Below, piece after piece: positions 25,706-35,376 of a stretch of DNA of 64,000 bases. The stretch lies in assembly GCA_022646745.1 (NCBI GenBank), contig CP060262.1, forward strand, positions 1,751,149-1,815,148, in the 5' to 3' direction. How positions within the stretch are numbered: position 1 is the first letter of the stretch; every line of letters starts with the position of its first letter. Made by a program: the position numbers and the translations under genes. Below the pieces are notes generated by a model. The model saw only the letters and a program-made list of their open reading frames with translations, ran no database searches and was not told the DNA's origin. The stretch is from Planctomycetales bacterium (GTDB taxonomy: Bacteria; 4484-113; JAFGCY01).

Positions 25706-26443
25706 GTGAGTCACAGCAAGGGAGAGATGCTCTACGAAGGCAAGGCCAAGCGCCTGTACAGGACCGATGACCCGGACCTGCTGATCATGGAGTACAAGGA
25801 CGACCTGACCGCCTTCGACGCCACCAAGCGCGGCACCTCGCTTGGCAAGGGCGCGATCAACAATGCAGTCAGTGCGCTCCTGATGGGCCGCCTCAATGAC
25901 ATGCATGTCGAGACGAGCTTCCTGAACCTGATTGATGCCAACCACTCGCTGGTGCGCAACGTGAAGATCGTGCCGATCGAGGTGATCATCCGCTTCGAGG
26001 CGCACGGCAGCCTCTGCCGCCGCTATGGCATCGAGCCCGGCCTGGTCTGCGACCCGCCGCTGTACGAGATCTGCTACAAGAACGACGACCTGCATGACCC
26101 CTTCATCACCGACCAGATCGCGGTGCTGATGGGACTGGCGACATACGACGAGCTTGCCAAGATCAAGTACATGGCGCTCACCATCGGCCATACCCTGCGT
26201 GAGATCTACCTTGGCCAGGGCATCAAGCTGCTGGACTTCAAGCTTGAGTTCGGCCGCTACCAGCCGGCCGGCGAAAGCGAGGCGCGCATCATCCTTGCCG
26301 ACGAGATCACCCCCGATACCTGCCGCCTGGTGGATGCGCAGACCGGCGAGAAGCTGGACAAGGACCTGTTCCGCTTCGACATGGGCGACCTCGGCGAAGG
26401 CTACAGGAAGCTGCTCGACAAGCTGCAGGCCAGCGCCGGCTAG
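25706..26443 (+). CDS. purC: Phosphoribosylaminoimidazole-succinocarboxamide synthase (SAICAR synthetase)
   Basis: LYEGKAKRLY N-terminal motif, 245 aa short-form PurC, conserved LADEITPDTCRL region. Confidence 0.9.
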   Translation: MSHSKGEMLYEGKAKRLYRTDDPDLLIMEYKDDLTAFDATKRGTSLGKGAINNAVSALLMGRLNDMHVETSFLNLIDANHSLVRNVKIVPIEVIIRFEAHGSLCRRYGIEPGLVCDPPLYEICYKNDDLHDPFITDQIAVLMGLATYDELAKIKYMALTIGHTLREIYLGQGIKLLDFKLEFGRYQPAGESEARIILADEITPDTCRLVDAQTGEKLDKDLFRFDMGDLGEGYRKLLDKLQASAG

Positions 26444-26452
26444 GCCGGCTGG

Positions 26453-26911
26453 CTAGTCGGCCCAGACGATGTAGTCGGAATTGACGGCGGGACGGCCGCA
26501 GGCCTTCAGCGATGTGTTCACATACCCGCGGTGGAATGCCGAGTGCAGCACCATGTGCATCAGGATGTCATGCATGCTGCGCTCGCAGTTCTCCCCTTCA
26601 TGGCTTCGGTATCGCAGGCGCAGGCGCAGGTAGGTGTCGTCCATGTTTGAAAGGATGATCTGCAGGCGCAGCTGCGTTGCCAGGTCCATGTCGCGAATCT
26701 GGCGGATCAGCTTGTCCGGCCACATGTCCACGTGGTCCGAGTTGCCCTTGTCAATCCGCTCCAGCCAGCATGCCCGCCCGGCGATGATGTGCGCAGCCTG
26801 CCGCCGCGCCTCTTTCGCGTGTTCGCAGTCACCGGCACGTTCCACGGCGCCGATCACCTTTTCCGTCATTTCGAATTCGTAGGCGAACAGGCGCCTCAGT
26901 TGCGTGACCAT
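26453..26911 (-). CDS. DinB/YfiT-like (DinB_2 superfamily) metal-dependent protein
   Basis: Internal start MVTQLRRLFAYEFEMTEKV (ATG 26909-26911). C-terminal HSAFHRGY motif typical of the DinB four-helix-bundle family. The track ORF up to 27277 is a spurious 5' extension antisense to the next gene. Confidence 0.65.
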   Translation of the reverse strand: MVTQLRRLFAYEFEMTEKVIGAVERAGDCEHAKEARRQAAHIIAGRACWLERIDKGNSDHVDMWPDKLIRQIRDMDLATQLRLQIILSNMDDTYLRLRLRYRSHEGENCERSMHDILMHMVLHSAFHRGYVNTSLKACGRPAVNSDYIVWAD

Positions 26912-27043
26912 AGGAATAATGTAACAGAGCCGGGCATTGCTGGACAGCCCGCACAAAGGCCCGCAAGGTTTGTTTCCACCGCATTGACGGGGTACAATCA
27001 CAGCGGGAATCACCGGCTGAAACAGAATTCCCGGGAGTATGTT

Positions 27044-29026
27044 ATGAAGGGACGTAAGATCGCTTTTCTTCCCTGCGCCATCATCATCCTGCTGCTGCTT
27101 GGGGGCTGCGGTGGGAATGCCGGATCCGGCAATGGATCCACCGCACTGAATGATGCCGCCGGGAAAGACATGAAGCTCGAACAGCAGCTGCAGGCTGAGC
27201 TGCTTGGACTGCTGGCCGATCGGGGGATTGATGCGCAGCGCAGCGCCAGCCGCCCACCGCTCGGTGAAAGCAACCATGTGTTCTCCAGCCGGCTCACGGC
27301 GAATGAACCGGACGGGGCAGGTGATGACGGATCACTGCGCCTGCTGTTCGTGCCCCGGCTGGCCGGTGACTACGATGGCAACGGTGAGGTCGGACTGTCG
27401 GACGTCACACCGCTGGCCCAGAATTTCGGCAAGAGCGTGCTGTATGGCAAACCGGCGCTGCCCGGTGGCGCGGACAACCCGCCGGTTGGCGACCCCTACA
27501 GCGATGGGCATGCCAACTGGCTGCTGTCCCGCTGCGACGGGGATGGCAACGGGGTGATCAGCAGTGCCGACCTGACCGCGATCGCGCTGCACTTCGGCGA
27601 GCGCGCCGATGGCTGGCGCGTGGAATGGCGCAATGATGACTTCTCAGGATTCGCCCCGCTGGCGGACCCCAACGGGCTGCTCGATGGCTACAGCCTCGGC
27701 TGGCAGGACGGCCGGGTTTCCAACCTGGCCCAGGAGTTCATCCTGCCCTGGCCGCTGAGCGGACATGCCGAGGTGCGGCTGCGGGCCTGGGATGCCCGGA
27801 CCGGCAGCGGGGGCGAAGCCAGTGCCGTTCAGGTCTATGACGTGGCCTCCACTGACTGCGTCGCCGCCTTGCAGCTCATCGAGAATGAGCAGCCGGCCCC
27901 CTTCCTTGCACGCTTCACCGCGACCGGCAGCACGGTCGATGCGGACAGCTACGAGCTGGACTTCGGCGACGGCAGCAGCCAGCTGATTGCCAGCATCACT
28001 GAATTCCCGGTCGAGCATCTGTATGAAACCGGTGGCACTTCGCTTGCCACCCTGACCGTCAACTGCGGCCAGGACAGCGCACAGGCCGGCATCACAGCGG
28101 TTGCCACCCCGGTGCCGACAGCCAAGCAGGCCCACATCCTGGCCTTCAGCAATACGGGCTTCGCCCCGCAGACAGTGCATTTCTCCTACCAGTGGACTGA
28201 TGAGCCGGCGGTCAGCTACACGCTGGACTTCGGCGATGGCAGCGAGCCCATCAAGGTCGAGGAGTGGGCCACCCAGCTGCCGACGGAGCATGTCTACACC
28301 ACGGCCGGGGAATACACCGCCAGCCTGACGCTGGAGGCCCGTTACCTCGGGACTTCCGTTGCCAGCGTGCCGGTCACGATCCTGCAGGGTACGCCTGAGC
28401 TGAACCTGAGCATCGAGGCGGAGTACATTGACGCCGGCAATGACAGCATCATCTTCGACTTCAGTGGATCCTCCCCCGTCACCGCCGTGCTGTCACTTGG
28501 AGATGTATTTGCCCCGATAGAAATCGACCTCGGACTGGTCCAGCAGTACGCAATCACCAGCGAGCAGATCATGCAGCTGGACAAGGATGAGAAGGCTACG
28601 ATCAGCGTCGAGATTGCCGGTCAGACCTACAGCGATTCCGTGATGATCCCGCGAAAGAACATTGTCCTGACTCCCGGCGAGCTGGATGTGCTGCTGGTTT
28701 CCATGGACAATACTGGCAACATCCTCGAAACCTTCCCCGGAGTCGGATTCAGCCTGTTGCTCAGCCAGCATGCCAGCACCGGCTCACCGCTGGTCAACAA
28801 GTACACCACCGGCAGCGGCGGGTATTTCATGGTCAGAACCCAGCAGGACAAGCTCAGCAAACTGATCAATCCGGATGGGTCTGACCCGCTCGTACTGCTG
28901 CCGGACCCCGCTGACCGGGCCCTGCTGGAAGCGGACTACATCTGGCCTGAAGGGGACATCAGCCTTTCTCCGTTTGAACTTGTGTATGGAGGCACGCATT
29001 ACATCAGGCTGCGTCCGCGCAGCTGA
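27044..29026 (+). CDS. Surface lipoprotein with dockerin-like repeat pair and PKD-like domains, paralog 1 of 3
   Basis: MKGRKIAFLPCAIIILLLLGGCGG lipobox. Two dockerin type-I-like Ca-binding repeats (GDYDGNGEVGLSDVTPLAQNFG; CDGDGNGVISSADLTAIALHFG). PKD-type motifs YELDFGDGSS, YTLDFGDGSE. Confidence 0.75.
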   Translation: MKGRKIAFLPCAIIILLLLGGCGGNAGSGNGSTALNDAAGKDMKLEQQLQAELLGLLADRGIDAQRSASRPPLGESNHVFSSRLTANEPDGAGDDGSLRLLFVPRLAGDYDGNGEVGLSDVTPLAQNFGKSVLYGKPALPGGADNPPVGDPYSDGHANWLLSRCDGDGNGVISSADLTAIALHFGERADGWRVEWRNDDFSGFAPLADPNGLLDGYSLGWQDGRVSNLAQEFILPWPLSGHAEVRLRAWDARTGSGGEASAVQVYDVASTDCVAALQLIENEQPAPFLARFTATGSTVDADSYELDFGDGSSQLIASITEFPVEHLYETGGTSLATLTVNCGQDSAQAGITAVATPVPTAKQAHILAFSNTGFAPQTVHFSYQWTDEPAVSYTLDFGDGSEPIKVEEWATQLPTEHVYTTAGEYTASLTLEARYLGTSVASVPVTILQGTPELNLSIEAEYIDAGNDSIIFDFSGSSPVTAVLSLGDVFAPIEIDLGLVQQYAITSEQIMQLDKDEKATISVEIAGQTYSDSVMIPRKNIVLTPGELDVLLVSMDNTGNILETFPGVGFSLLLSQHASTGSPLVNKYTTGSGGYFMVRTQQDKLSKLINPDGSDPLVLLPDPADRALLEADYIWPEGDISLSPFELVYGGTHYIRLRPRS

Positions 29027-29134
29027 ACAGGCAGCGCAGCGGTCGGTCTCGCTTGCAAGCAGCTTGTGAGACACCGTATACTGCTAATGGCTGAATCATG
29101 AGCGGCGGGCCGTAACCGCTCCCAGGAGTAATGC

Positions 29135-31102
29135 ATGCGTCGACTGAGCGGATCATCCCGGTGGATACTGCTTGCCTGCCTGCTTTTGCTGACGGTGGGT
29201 TGTGCAGGCGGCGGAGGACAGAACACGGAGCAGCAGGCTGCCCTGCAGCAGCCTCCCGCAGCTGACCCGCAGCTGCTGGCTGAGCTGGAGGGCCTGCTGA
29301 TGGACGAGCTGGCCCGGCTGGGCAAGGACCCGCAGCGCACGACTTCAGCGCCACCCGCCGGGAATGGCAACGCCGTGTTCAACCTGCTGGTGGATGCCCG
29401 TCCGCCGGACGGCCTCGGCGGGCAGGGTGACTCGGAATTCCGCTTCTATCCCCGTATGGTCGGTGACTACGATGGCAATGGCGAGGTCGGCATCAGTGAC
29501 ATCACCCCGCTTGGGCAGTACTTCGGCGAGAGTGTGGTGTATGACGACCCGTTGGAGCACGGCGGGATCGCCTACTGGCCGAGCGGTGAACCGGACGGCG
29601 GCGGGCGCACCAACTGGCTGAAGGCCCGCGTCGACGGCGATGGCAACGGCGAGATCAACACGGCGGACATCACCCCGATCGCGATCCACTTCGGCGAGCA
29701 CTGCGATGGCTGGCGCATCGAGCGGCGCTTCGCTGCGGAGACCGGCTTCGAGATGCTGCCGCATGCTGACAATCCTGAGAGTGAGCTAAGCGTCGGCTGG
29801 AAGGAACTCGCCGAGAACAGCATCGGCTACCGCCTGCCCGGCGACTGGCCGGCCAGCGGTTACCTCGAGATGCGGGTGCAGGGCTGGGAATCGGCCAGTT
29901 CCAGTGGCGGTCCGATGAGCGACAGCAGTATCTATGAATTCACGGAAGGCAGTTGCGAGGCATTCCTGCAGGCCAGCCCAACGGTGGCTGACTTCCCCTT
30001 TGACGCGAGCTTCACGGCCGCGGGATCATCCGTGCTGGCCGACTCATACGTGATTGACTTTGGCGACGGCACGGATGCCACTCTGGGCAGCCTGGCCGAA
30101 TTCCCGCTGAGCCACCCGTACAACGAAGCGGGGATCTATGACGTGGTGTTCACGGTCAGCTGTGGCACGGATGTCGCCACGGACAGCTTCCAGATCATCG
30201 CCACCCCGCTGCCCTGTGAGCTGGAGGCGGTGCTTGGTGTCAACCCGATGGATGGCTTCGCCCCGCTCAAGGTGCTGTTCAGCCCGCTCGGCACCAGTCC
30301 CGGTGCGGCCGGCTATGAGCTGGACTTCGGCGATGGCAGCGAGGTCGCCAGCGGGGCCACGCCCTCTGAACTGGCAATCACCCATGAGTATACTGAGACC
30401 GGCAGCTACACCGCCACCCTGCGGGTGGTCTGCGAGAATGGTGGCAACGTCGAGACGACGGTCACGATAACCGTCGGCAACCCTGATGACGAGTGTGGCG
30501 TCAACCTGTCAGTCGATGACGACAGCCCGATCATCGGCACACCGACGGCATTCTTCTTCGGCGGCACCAGCGGTTCTGCTGCCCTGCTGGACCCCGGCGA
30601 CGGCAGTGACGTGCAGTTCATCAACCTGCAGGGGCCGGAGCCGGTGTTCTACACCTACCCGGAGATCGGCACCTACACCGCGGTGCTGTCCATCCTCTGC
30701 AATGACAGCATGCACAGCGACTCGGTGCTGGTGTTCGTACTGCCTGAACCGATCAACACTTTCGATGCGGCGGGCAAGGTCTACCAGTACGAGTCCAACC
30801 CGCCGATCGGCGGACCGGAGCCGGACAAGTTCGCGATGGTTGGCGCGGAGATGGAGATCTACAACTCGACTGACGACGTAGTGATGGGCACGACCACCAC
30901 GGATGCGTCAGGTGCATACTTCTTCGATGGTGACAGCCTGGGCCTTGATGTCAACAAGATCTACTTCGTGCGGCCGACTGATGCGGAACGGGCCAAGCAT
31001 GTCCCGCTGGACTGGTTCCCGGGCCAGGCCACGATCGCCGCACCGCCGGCTGACATGGTTTACACATGCACTGACATCAACCTGCTGGCAACGGAGGTCT
31101 GA
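29135..31102 (+). CDS. Surface lipoprotein with dockerin-like repeats, PKD-like domains and C-terminal Cna-B/CarboxypepD_reg-like domain, paralog 2 of 3
   Basis: Lipobox LLLTVGCAGG. GDYDGNGEVGISDITPLGQYFG and VDGDGNGEINTADITPIAIHFG. YVIDFGDGTD, YELDFGDGSE. C-terminal TTTDASGAYFFDGDS. Confidence 0.75.
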   Translation: MRRLSGSSRWILLACLLLLTVGCAGGGGQNTEQQAALQQPPAADPQLLAELEGLLMDELARLGKDPQRTTSAPPAGNGNAVFNLLVDARPPDGLGGQGDSEFRFYPRMVGDYDGNGEVGISDITPLGQYFGESVVYDDPLEHGGIAYWPSGEPDGGGRTNWLKARVDGDGNGEINTADITPIAIHFGEHCDGWRIERRFAAETGFEMLPHADNPESELSVGWKELAENSIGYRLPGDWPASGYLEMRVQGWESASSSGGPMSDSSIYEFTEGSCEAFLQASPTVADFPFDASFTAAGSSVLADSYVIDFGDGTDATLGSLAEFPLSHPYNEAGIYDVVFTVSCGTDVATDSFQIIATPLPCELEAVLGVNPMDGFAPLKVLFSPLGTSPGAAGYELDFGDGSEVASGATPSELAITHEYTETGSYTATLRVVCENGGNVETTVTITVGNPDDECGVNLSVDDDSPIIGTPTAFFFGGTSGSAALLDPGDGSDVQFINLQGPEPVFYTYPEIGTYTAVLSILCNDSMHSDSVLVFVLPEPINTFDAAGKVYQYESNPPIGGPEPDKFAMVGAEMEIYNSTDDVVMGTTTTDASGAYFFDGDSLGLDVNKIYFVRPTDAERAKHVPLDWFPGQATIAAPPADMVYTCTDINLLATEV

Positions 31103-31386
31103 CGGCAGGTGCAAAATGGACTCCCTGAAAACGGCATGAATTGAACCTTTTGCCACTATGCCTGTTCTGGCATAATCCGCATAGATGCAGGTCCCTGCAT
31201 GCCAGTCAGCTACTGCCGGCTGGAAAATGTGGATATGGACACGGTTACCATGTAACCAGGCTGTGTGCAAACCGGTGTGCAGGGCCTGCATTCCATTGAA
31301 GGTGCGTGCTGCTCTGCGGTTGATGGCAACGCAGTTTAGTGCCCCTGCGCTTGAAGCGCTCCCTCTTTGCGGTATACAGATATTGT

Positions 31387-32838
31387 ATGAACACCGCCAA
31401 GCGCAGATCCTCCGGCTGGATCACCCTGTTCTCCCTCCTGCTGGCAATCGCATTGCTGCCGTCCTGCTCGGCTGGCCTTGATGGCCGTCCAGTGCAGTCC
31501 GGGGCGGATCTCCAACGGGAGCTGGAAGGCCGCCTGCTTTCGGAACTGGCCCGCCTGGGCAAGGACCCCGATCGTGCGGTGGCCAGTGCACCGCAGGGTA
31601 GTGGCAACGCCGTATTCAACCTCACGGCGGAGCCCAATGACCCGGACGGGCCGGGCGGCCAGCCGCCACTGTCCGTTGAGCTGAGCTGGACGGCGCGCAT
31701 CGTGGGCGACTACGACCAGAACGGCGAGGTAGGGATTGCCGACATCACGCCGCTCGGGCAGTTCTTCAAGCAGTCCGTTGCCTATGACGACCCGCTGGAC
31801 CACGACGGCATCAGCTTCTGGCCGGCCGGCGACCCACTCGCGGATGGCAAGGCCAACTGGCGCAGCGCCGCCGTGGACGGCGATGCCAACGGTGAGATCA
31901 ACGCGGCCGACATCACCCCGATCGCGATCCACTTCGGTGAGCGGATTGATGGCTTCAATATCTACCTGAAGCAGACCGGCGAGACGGAGTTCAGCATCCT
32001 GCCGAACCTGCTCGACCCATTCGTCTCGGTCAGTGTTTCGCTGAAGGCCGCCGGAAACGGCCCGGCGAATTACACAGCGAGCATCCCCTGGCCATCCTCC
32101 GGGATGGCGGAGATCGCCGTGGCAGGGTACGACAGCCAGAGCAGCTCGGCCGCGCAGCTTTCCAACATAGTCAGCGTCAGCGGTGATCCCGGATCTCCGC
32201 CGGGCAGCTGTGTGGCGGAGCTGACGGTTGATGTCCCCTCTGGGCAGGCTCCACTTGGCGTGATGTTCGGGCTGGGCGGTTCCAGCACGGGTGATCCAGG
32301 CGACTACCGCTACGTGCTCGACAGCGGTGAGGGCGGGGCACGCTTCAGCTTTGAGGACAGTGCTTCCTTCCCGCTGGCCTATACATTCCTCAGCGGCGGG
32401 ACCTTCAATGCCGTGCTGGCCGTGGTCTGCCTGGCGGATGGCCAGGTGGCCTTCTCCGACCCGGTGAGTGTCACGGTCACGGATCCGGCTGGGCCCGGCC
32501 TCAACCTGAACGGCTTCGTCTGGCAGTACGAGAGCAACCCGGAACTGGGCGGGCAGGATGAACCTCCCAAGAACCCGCTGGAGGGTATCGAGGTCGAGGT
32601 TTACATCCTTGGCGAATCCACGCCGCTGGCCGTGACCACCACCGCGGCGAACGGCGAATATGTCTTCCCCAACCTGCAGATTGACGAGTCGGTGGAACTG
32701 CTGAACGTGAAGGTCAGCGATGCGCAGAAGGCCGAGCTGCTGCCGCTGACCTGGCTGCCCGGGGAGCGGATCCTGCTGCTGGACAGCCATGAGCAGTTCA
32801 CGGCAGCCGACATGAACCTGCTGGCCACCGCCGTCTAG
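31387..32838 (+). CDS. Surface lipoprotein with dockerin-like repeats and Cna-B-like C-terminus, paralog 3 of 3
   Basis: MNTAKRRSSGWITLFSLLLAIALLPSCSAG. GDYDQNGEVGIADITPLGQFF and VDGDANGEINAADITPIAIHFG. TTTAANGEYVFPNLQ. Confidence 0.75.
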   Translation: MNTAKRRSSGWITLFSLLLAIALLPSCSAGLDGRPVQSGADLQRELEGRLLSELARLGKDPDRAVASAPQGSGNAVFNLTAEPNDPDGPGGQPPLSVELSWTARIVGDYDQNGEVGIADITPLGQFFKQSVAYDDPLDHDGISFWPAGDPLADGKANWRSAAVDGDANGEINAADITPIAIHFGERIDGFNIYLKQTGETEFSILPNLLDPFVSVSVSLKAAGNGPANYTASIPWPSSGMAEIAVAGYDSQSSSAAQLSNIVSVSGDPGSPPGSCVAELTVDVPSGQAPLGVMFGLGGSSTGDPGDYRYVLDSGEGGARFSFEDSASFPLAYTFLSGGTFNAVLAVVCLADGQVAFSDPVSVTVTDPAGPGLNLNGFVWQYESNPELGGQDEPPKNPLEGIEVEVYILGESTPLAVTTTAANGEYVFPNLQIDESVELLNVKVSDAQKAELLPLTWLPGERILLLDSHEQFTAADMNLLATAV

Positions 32839-33119
32839 CCCAGGGACTGCGAATTCCTCATATGTGAACTCGCGCTTAAGCGCTGCAGTCGCGTGCGCGC
32901 GGGCCGATGAATAGCCTGCAGGGTGGATGGGCCCTGTTACCGGCAAACCTACATTGATATAGCCATTCCCCCCCCATTGCGGGAGGAGCCTCCGGGCTTC
33001 TCCCGTGCCTTTTTCCACAGCCAGCCAGTCCCGGACCGGGAATATCAACGAAAGCAAATCCCGGTTGATGGATTGTTGGCCTCCATCGGCCGATATACCT
33101 TATTAATGAACAGAGAATG

Positions 33120-33148
33120 TTTGACAAATTTTCTCTGGATAGGGTAGT
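33120..33148 (+). promoter_or_regulatory. Sigma70-like promoter TTGACA-N18-TAGTAT upstream of the OMP-like gene
   Basis: TGTTTGACAAATTTTCTCTGGATAGGGTAGTAT, ~55 nt upstream of ATG 33207. Confidence 0.4.
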
Positions 33149-33206
33149 ATCTTCGATCAGCAGGTGTCGTAAGATGCCAGCTAATGGAATATTCCGGGAG
33201 GAAGCG

Positions 33207-33740
33207 ATGAAAAAGCTGACGGCAATCCTTTGCTTTGTGGTTACCGTAATGTGGGCCAGCAGTGCATTCGCTCAGTACTCAGCTCTTGATGACCAGAACG
33301 AATTCGGTCCGGCAATCGGTATCGGTGGCCTGCTGCTCAGTGGTGACGACTCAGCTGGTAACAGCCAGAATGACTTCGTCCCGACCCTGAACCTCAGTGG
33401 CCTGTCCGACGTGCTTGCCTACCAGCTGTATTTCGGCCTGGACAGCGATGTTGACGTCTGGGGTCTCGACCTCGACTACGTCGTGGCGGACAACTTCGAC
33501 GAGTGCGCCCCCTGCGCCGGCGAGGGTGGTTCCTGGTGGTTCGGCGTTGGTGCCAGCTACATGGACTACAGCGACCTGTTCAACGACAGCGGTGCCGGTG
33601 TGAGTGGTGACGACTTCGGTCCGAACCTGGCCTTCGGTTACATCTGGGACGAGTGGAGCTTCAACCTCTACGCCCGCTACTTCATGGATGCTGAGGCCTT
33701 CAGCGTGATGGGCAGCATCAACTACTCCTTCGACAGCTAA
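33207..33740 (+). CDS. Small outer-membrane beta-barrel-like protein (177 aa) with signal peptide
   Basis: RBS GGGAGGAAGCG. MKKLTAILCFVVTVMWASSAFA signal. Alternating hydrophobic beta-strand pattern, aromatic-rich, ends …SINYSFDS. Confidence 0.55.
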   Translation: MKKLTAILCFVVTVMWASSAFAQYSALDDQNEFGPAIGIGGLLLSGDDSAGNSQNDFVPTLNLSGLSDVLAYQLYFGLDSDVDVWGLDLDYVVADNFDECAPCAGEGGSWWFGVGASYMDYSDLFNDSGAGVSGDDFGPNLAFGYIWDEWSFNLYARYFMDAEAFSVMGSINYSFDS

Positions 33741-33766
33741 GTCGGATCAGTCAGACCAAAGCCAGT

Positions 33767-33794
33767 CCCCGGGGCATGCCCCGGGGATTTTTTT
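33767..33794 (+). terminator. Rho-independent terminator (CCCCGGGG-CATG-CCCCGGGG + ATTTTTTT)
   Basis: Perfect 8-bp stem plus T7 tract, 27 nt after the stop. Confidence 0.65.
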
Positions 33795-33861
33795 GCGCAA
33801 TTTCCCAGGAAACACTTGGAACTTCCTGAATTTCTGCTAGTCTATATATTGCGTGTCCGCT

Positions 33862-33897
33862 CCGGCGGTCGAAAGACCGCCGGTTCTTTTATTTTCT
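33862..33897 (+). terminator. Second rho-independent terminator (CCGGCGGTC-GAAA-GACCGCCGG + TTCTTTTATTTTCT)
   Basis: Perfect 9-bp stem, GNRA loop and T-rich tail ~70 nt after the first terminator. May end a short independent transcript. Confidence 0.55.
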
Positions 33898-33961
33898 ATG
33901 CAGGTTTTTCGCCGAATCCCCACCAACACTGCCCTTAGCCCTGTTTTTGCGCGCTGTGGCT

Positions 33962-33990
33962 TTGACTGTGCCCCGGTAATACCTTAAAAT
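33962..33990 (+). promoter_or_regulatory. Sigma70-like promoter TTGACT-N17-TAAAAT
   Basis: Consensus-like hexamers with 17-bp spacing, ending 14 nt before ATG 34004 (short or leaderless mRNA). Confidence 0.4.
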
Positions 33991-34003
33991 ATCCAGTTCT
34001 GTA

Positions 34004-34756
34004 ATGCAGCTAGCATTGTTCACACCCGGGGCCTGCATCTGGCCAGTCCACAGGAACTTCGAAGCCTTCGTGGCCGAGCTCGGCGGCGCGGGCACCGATT
34101 CGGTGGACCTGCTGGATAGTGGCTGCTACCCGGTGCATGCCCGCAGTGAATCAGGCGTGCAGCAGCTCAGCGAGAGAATGGACTACCGCCTGTTCAAGCT
34201 GCACCAGGACCTATACAACTCGCTCCTGCGTCCCTCGGAATTCTTCCACGGCGAATCCCGCAGTTTCGCTGACCGCTTCTGGCCGGACCTGATTGGCACG
34301 CCGCCGGCTGACCTGCTCAGCGCGCTGGTGTTCCACTTCATCGAGCGACCCGCGGAGGACTGCTCCGTCAATGCAGGCCTGCGCGTGCTGCGCAGCATTT
34401 TCTTCCAGCATGAGATGGCGGACCCGAACCTCTGGGTCTGGAGTGCGCGCGAGAACCTCTCCAGCCTGCGTGGCGATTGGAGCTGGATTCCGCTGAGATT
34501 CAACGCCCCGGCCGCCAGCCGGCTGCACGACATCGAATTCACTGTACACGGCATGCGTGAGCGTCCGGCGGACAGCAGTGGCTGGTTCAGCGGGCAGATC
34601 CGCCGCAACGACCGGGGCGAATGCCGGGTCGCATTGCGCTGTGGCGCTGACCGCGGCATGCGCGAGCATGATCCGGCCCGCCTCAGCGAGGCCAGCCTGC
34701 AGGACTGCAAGCGCTATATGTCCGCGATCTTCGGCTGGCAGGGGGTGGCGGCGTGA
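34004..34756 (+). CDS. Hypothetical protein (250 aa) upstream of gmk
   Basis: Stop overlaps the gmk GTG (GTGA). Occupies the position usually held by yicC-type genes but lacks the YicC N-terminal motif. Confidence 0.55.
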   Translation: MQLALFTPGACIWPVHRNFEAFVAELGGAGTDSVDLLDSGCYPVHARSESGVQQLSERMDYRLFKLHQDLYNSLLRPSEFFHGESRSFADRFWPDLIGTPPADLLSALVFHFIERPAEDCSVNAGLRVLRSIFFQHEMADPNLWVWSARENLSSLRGDWSWIPLRFNAPAASRLHDIEFTVHGMRERPADSSGWFSGQIRRNDRGECRVALRCGADRGMREHDPARLSEASLQDCKRYMSAIFGWQGVAA

Positions 34757-35376
34757 GTTTCACCCCATCCTGCATCGTGGTGGCCGGTCCCAGCGGGGTC
34801 GGCAAGTCAACGCTGATTGCCAGGGCACTGGCCAAACTGCCGGAATGGATGCTTTCCGTTTCCGCCACAACGCGCGCGAAACGTGACGGTGAAGTGGACG
34901 GCGTGAACTATCATTACCACTCCCGCGAGCAGTTCGAGTCGCAGGTGGTGGCCGGCGGATTCCTGGAGTTCGCCCAGGTTTACGGCAATTACTACGGCAG
35001 CCCGGTATCCGAGATTGAGCGAGCAGCTCAGGCTGGCCGGAACCTCGTGTTCGAGGTGGACACGGTGGGCTGCCTGAGCATTCGGTCCCTGCGTCCGCAG
35101 TGGCCGCTGGTGGCGATCGTGCCCCCTGAACTGGCGGAGCTCAGGCGCCGTCTGGAGGGCCGCGGGACGGAGAGTGCGGAAAGCCTCGCGCTGCGCCTGG
35201 CCAACAGTGTGGCGGAACTGCAGCGGATGCGCGGTTTTGATTTCGTGATCGTGAATGATGACCTGGAGCGGGCCAGTGGCCAGCTCACTGAACTGATGTC
35301 CCTGGTAGGGGCGGGGCTGACGAGTGTCAGCCCGACTGTCGACAGTCTGCTTGAGAAAGCCGGAGGAACAAACTGA
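34753..35376 (+). CDS. gmk: Guanylate kinase
   Basis: P-loop VAGPSGVGKST, SATTRAKR(D)GE(V)DG(V)NYHY, Y.NYYG motifs. GTG start overlapping the upstream stop. Confidence 0.85.
   Translation: MSFTPSCIVVAGPSGVGKSTLIARALAKLPEWMLSVSATTRAKRDGEVDGVNYHYHSREQFESQVVAGGFLEFAQVYGNYYGSPVSEIERAAQAGRNLVFEVDTVGCLSIRSLRPQWPLVAIVPPELAELRRRLEGRGTESAESLALRLANSVAELQRMRGFDFVIVNDDLERASGQLTELMSLVGAGLTSVSPTVDSLLEKAGGTN

Noticed and set aside
26453-27277. 274-aa ORF extending the DinB-like gene upstream
   Set aside because: The DinB-like homology starts at MVTQLRR (26911). The extension overlaps the start of the + strand lipoprotein gene (27044) in antisense.
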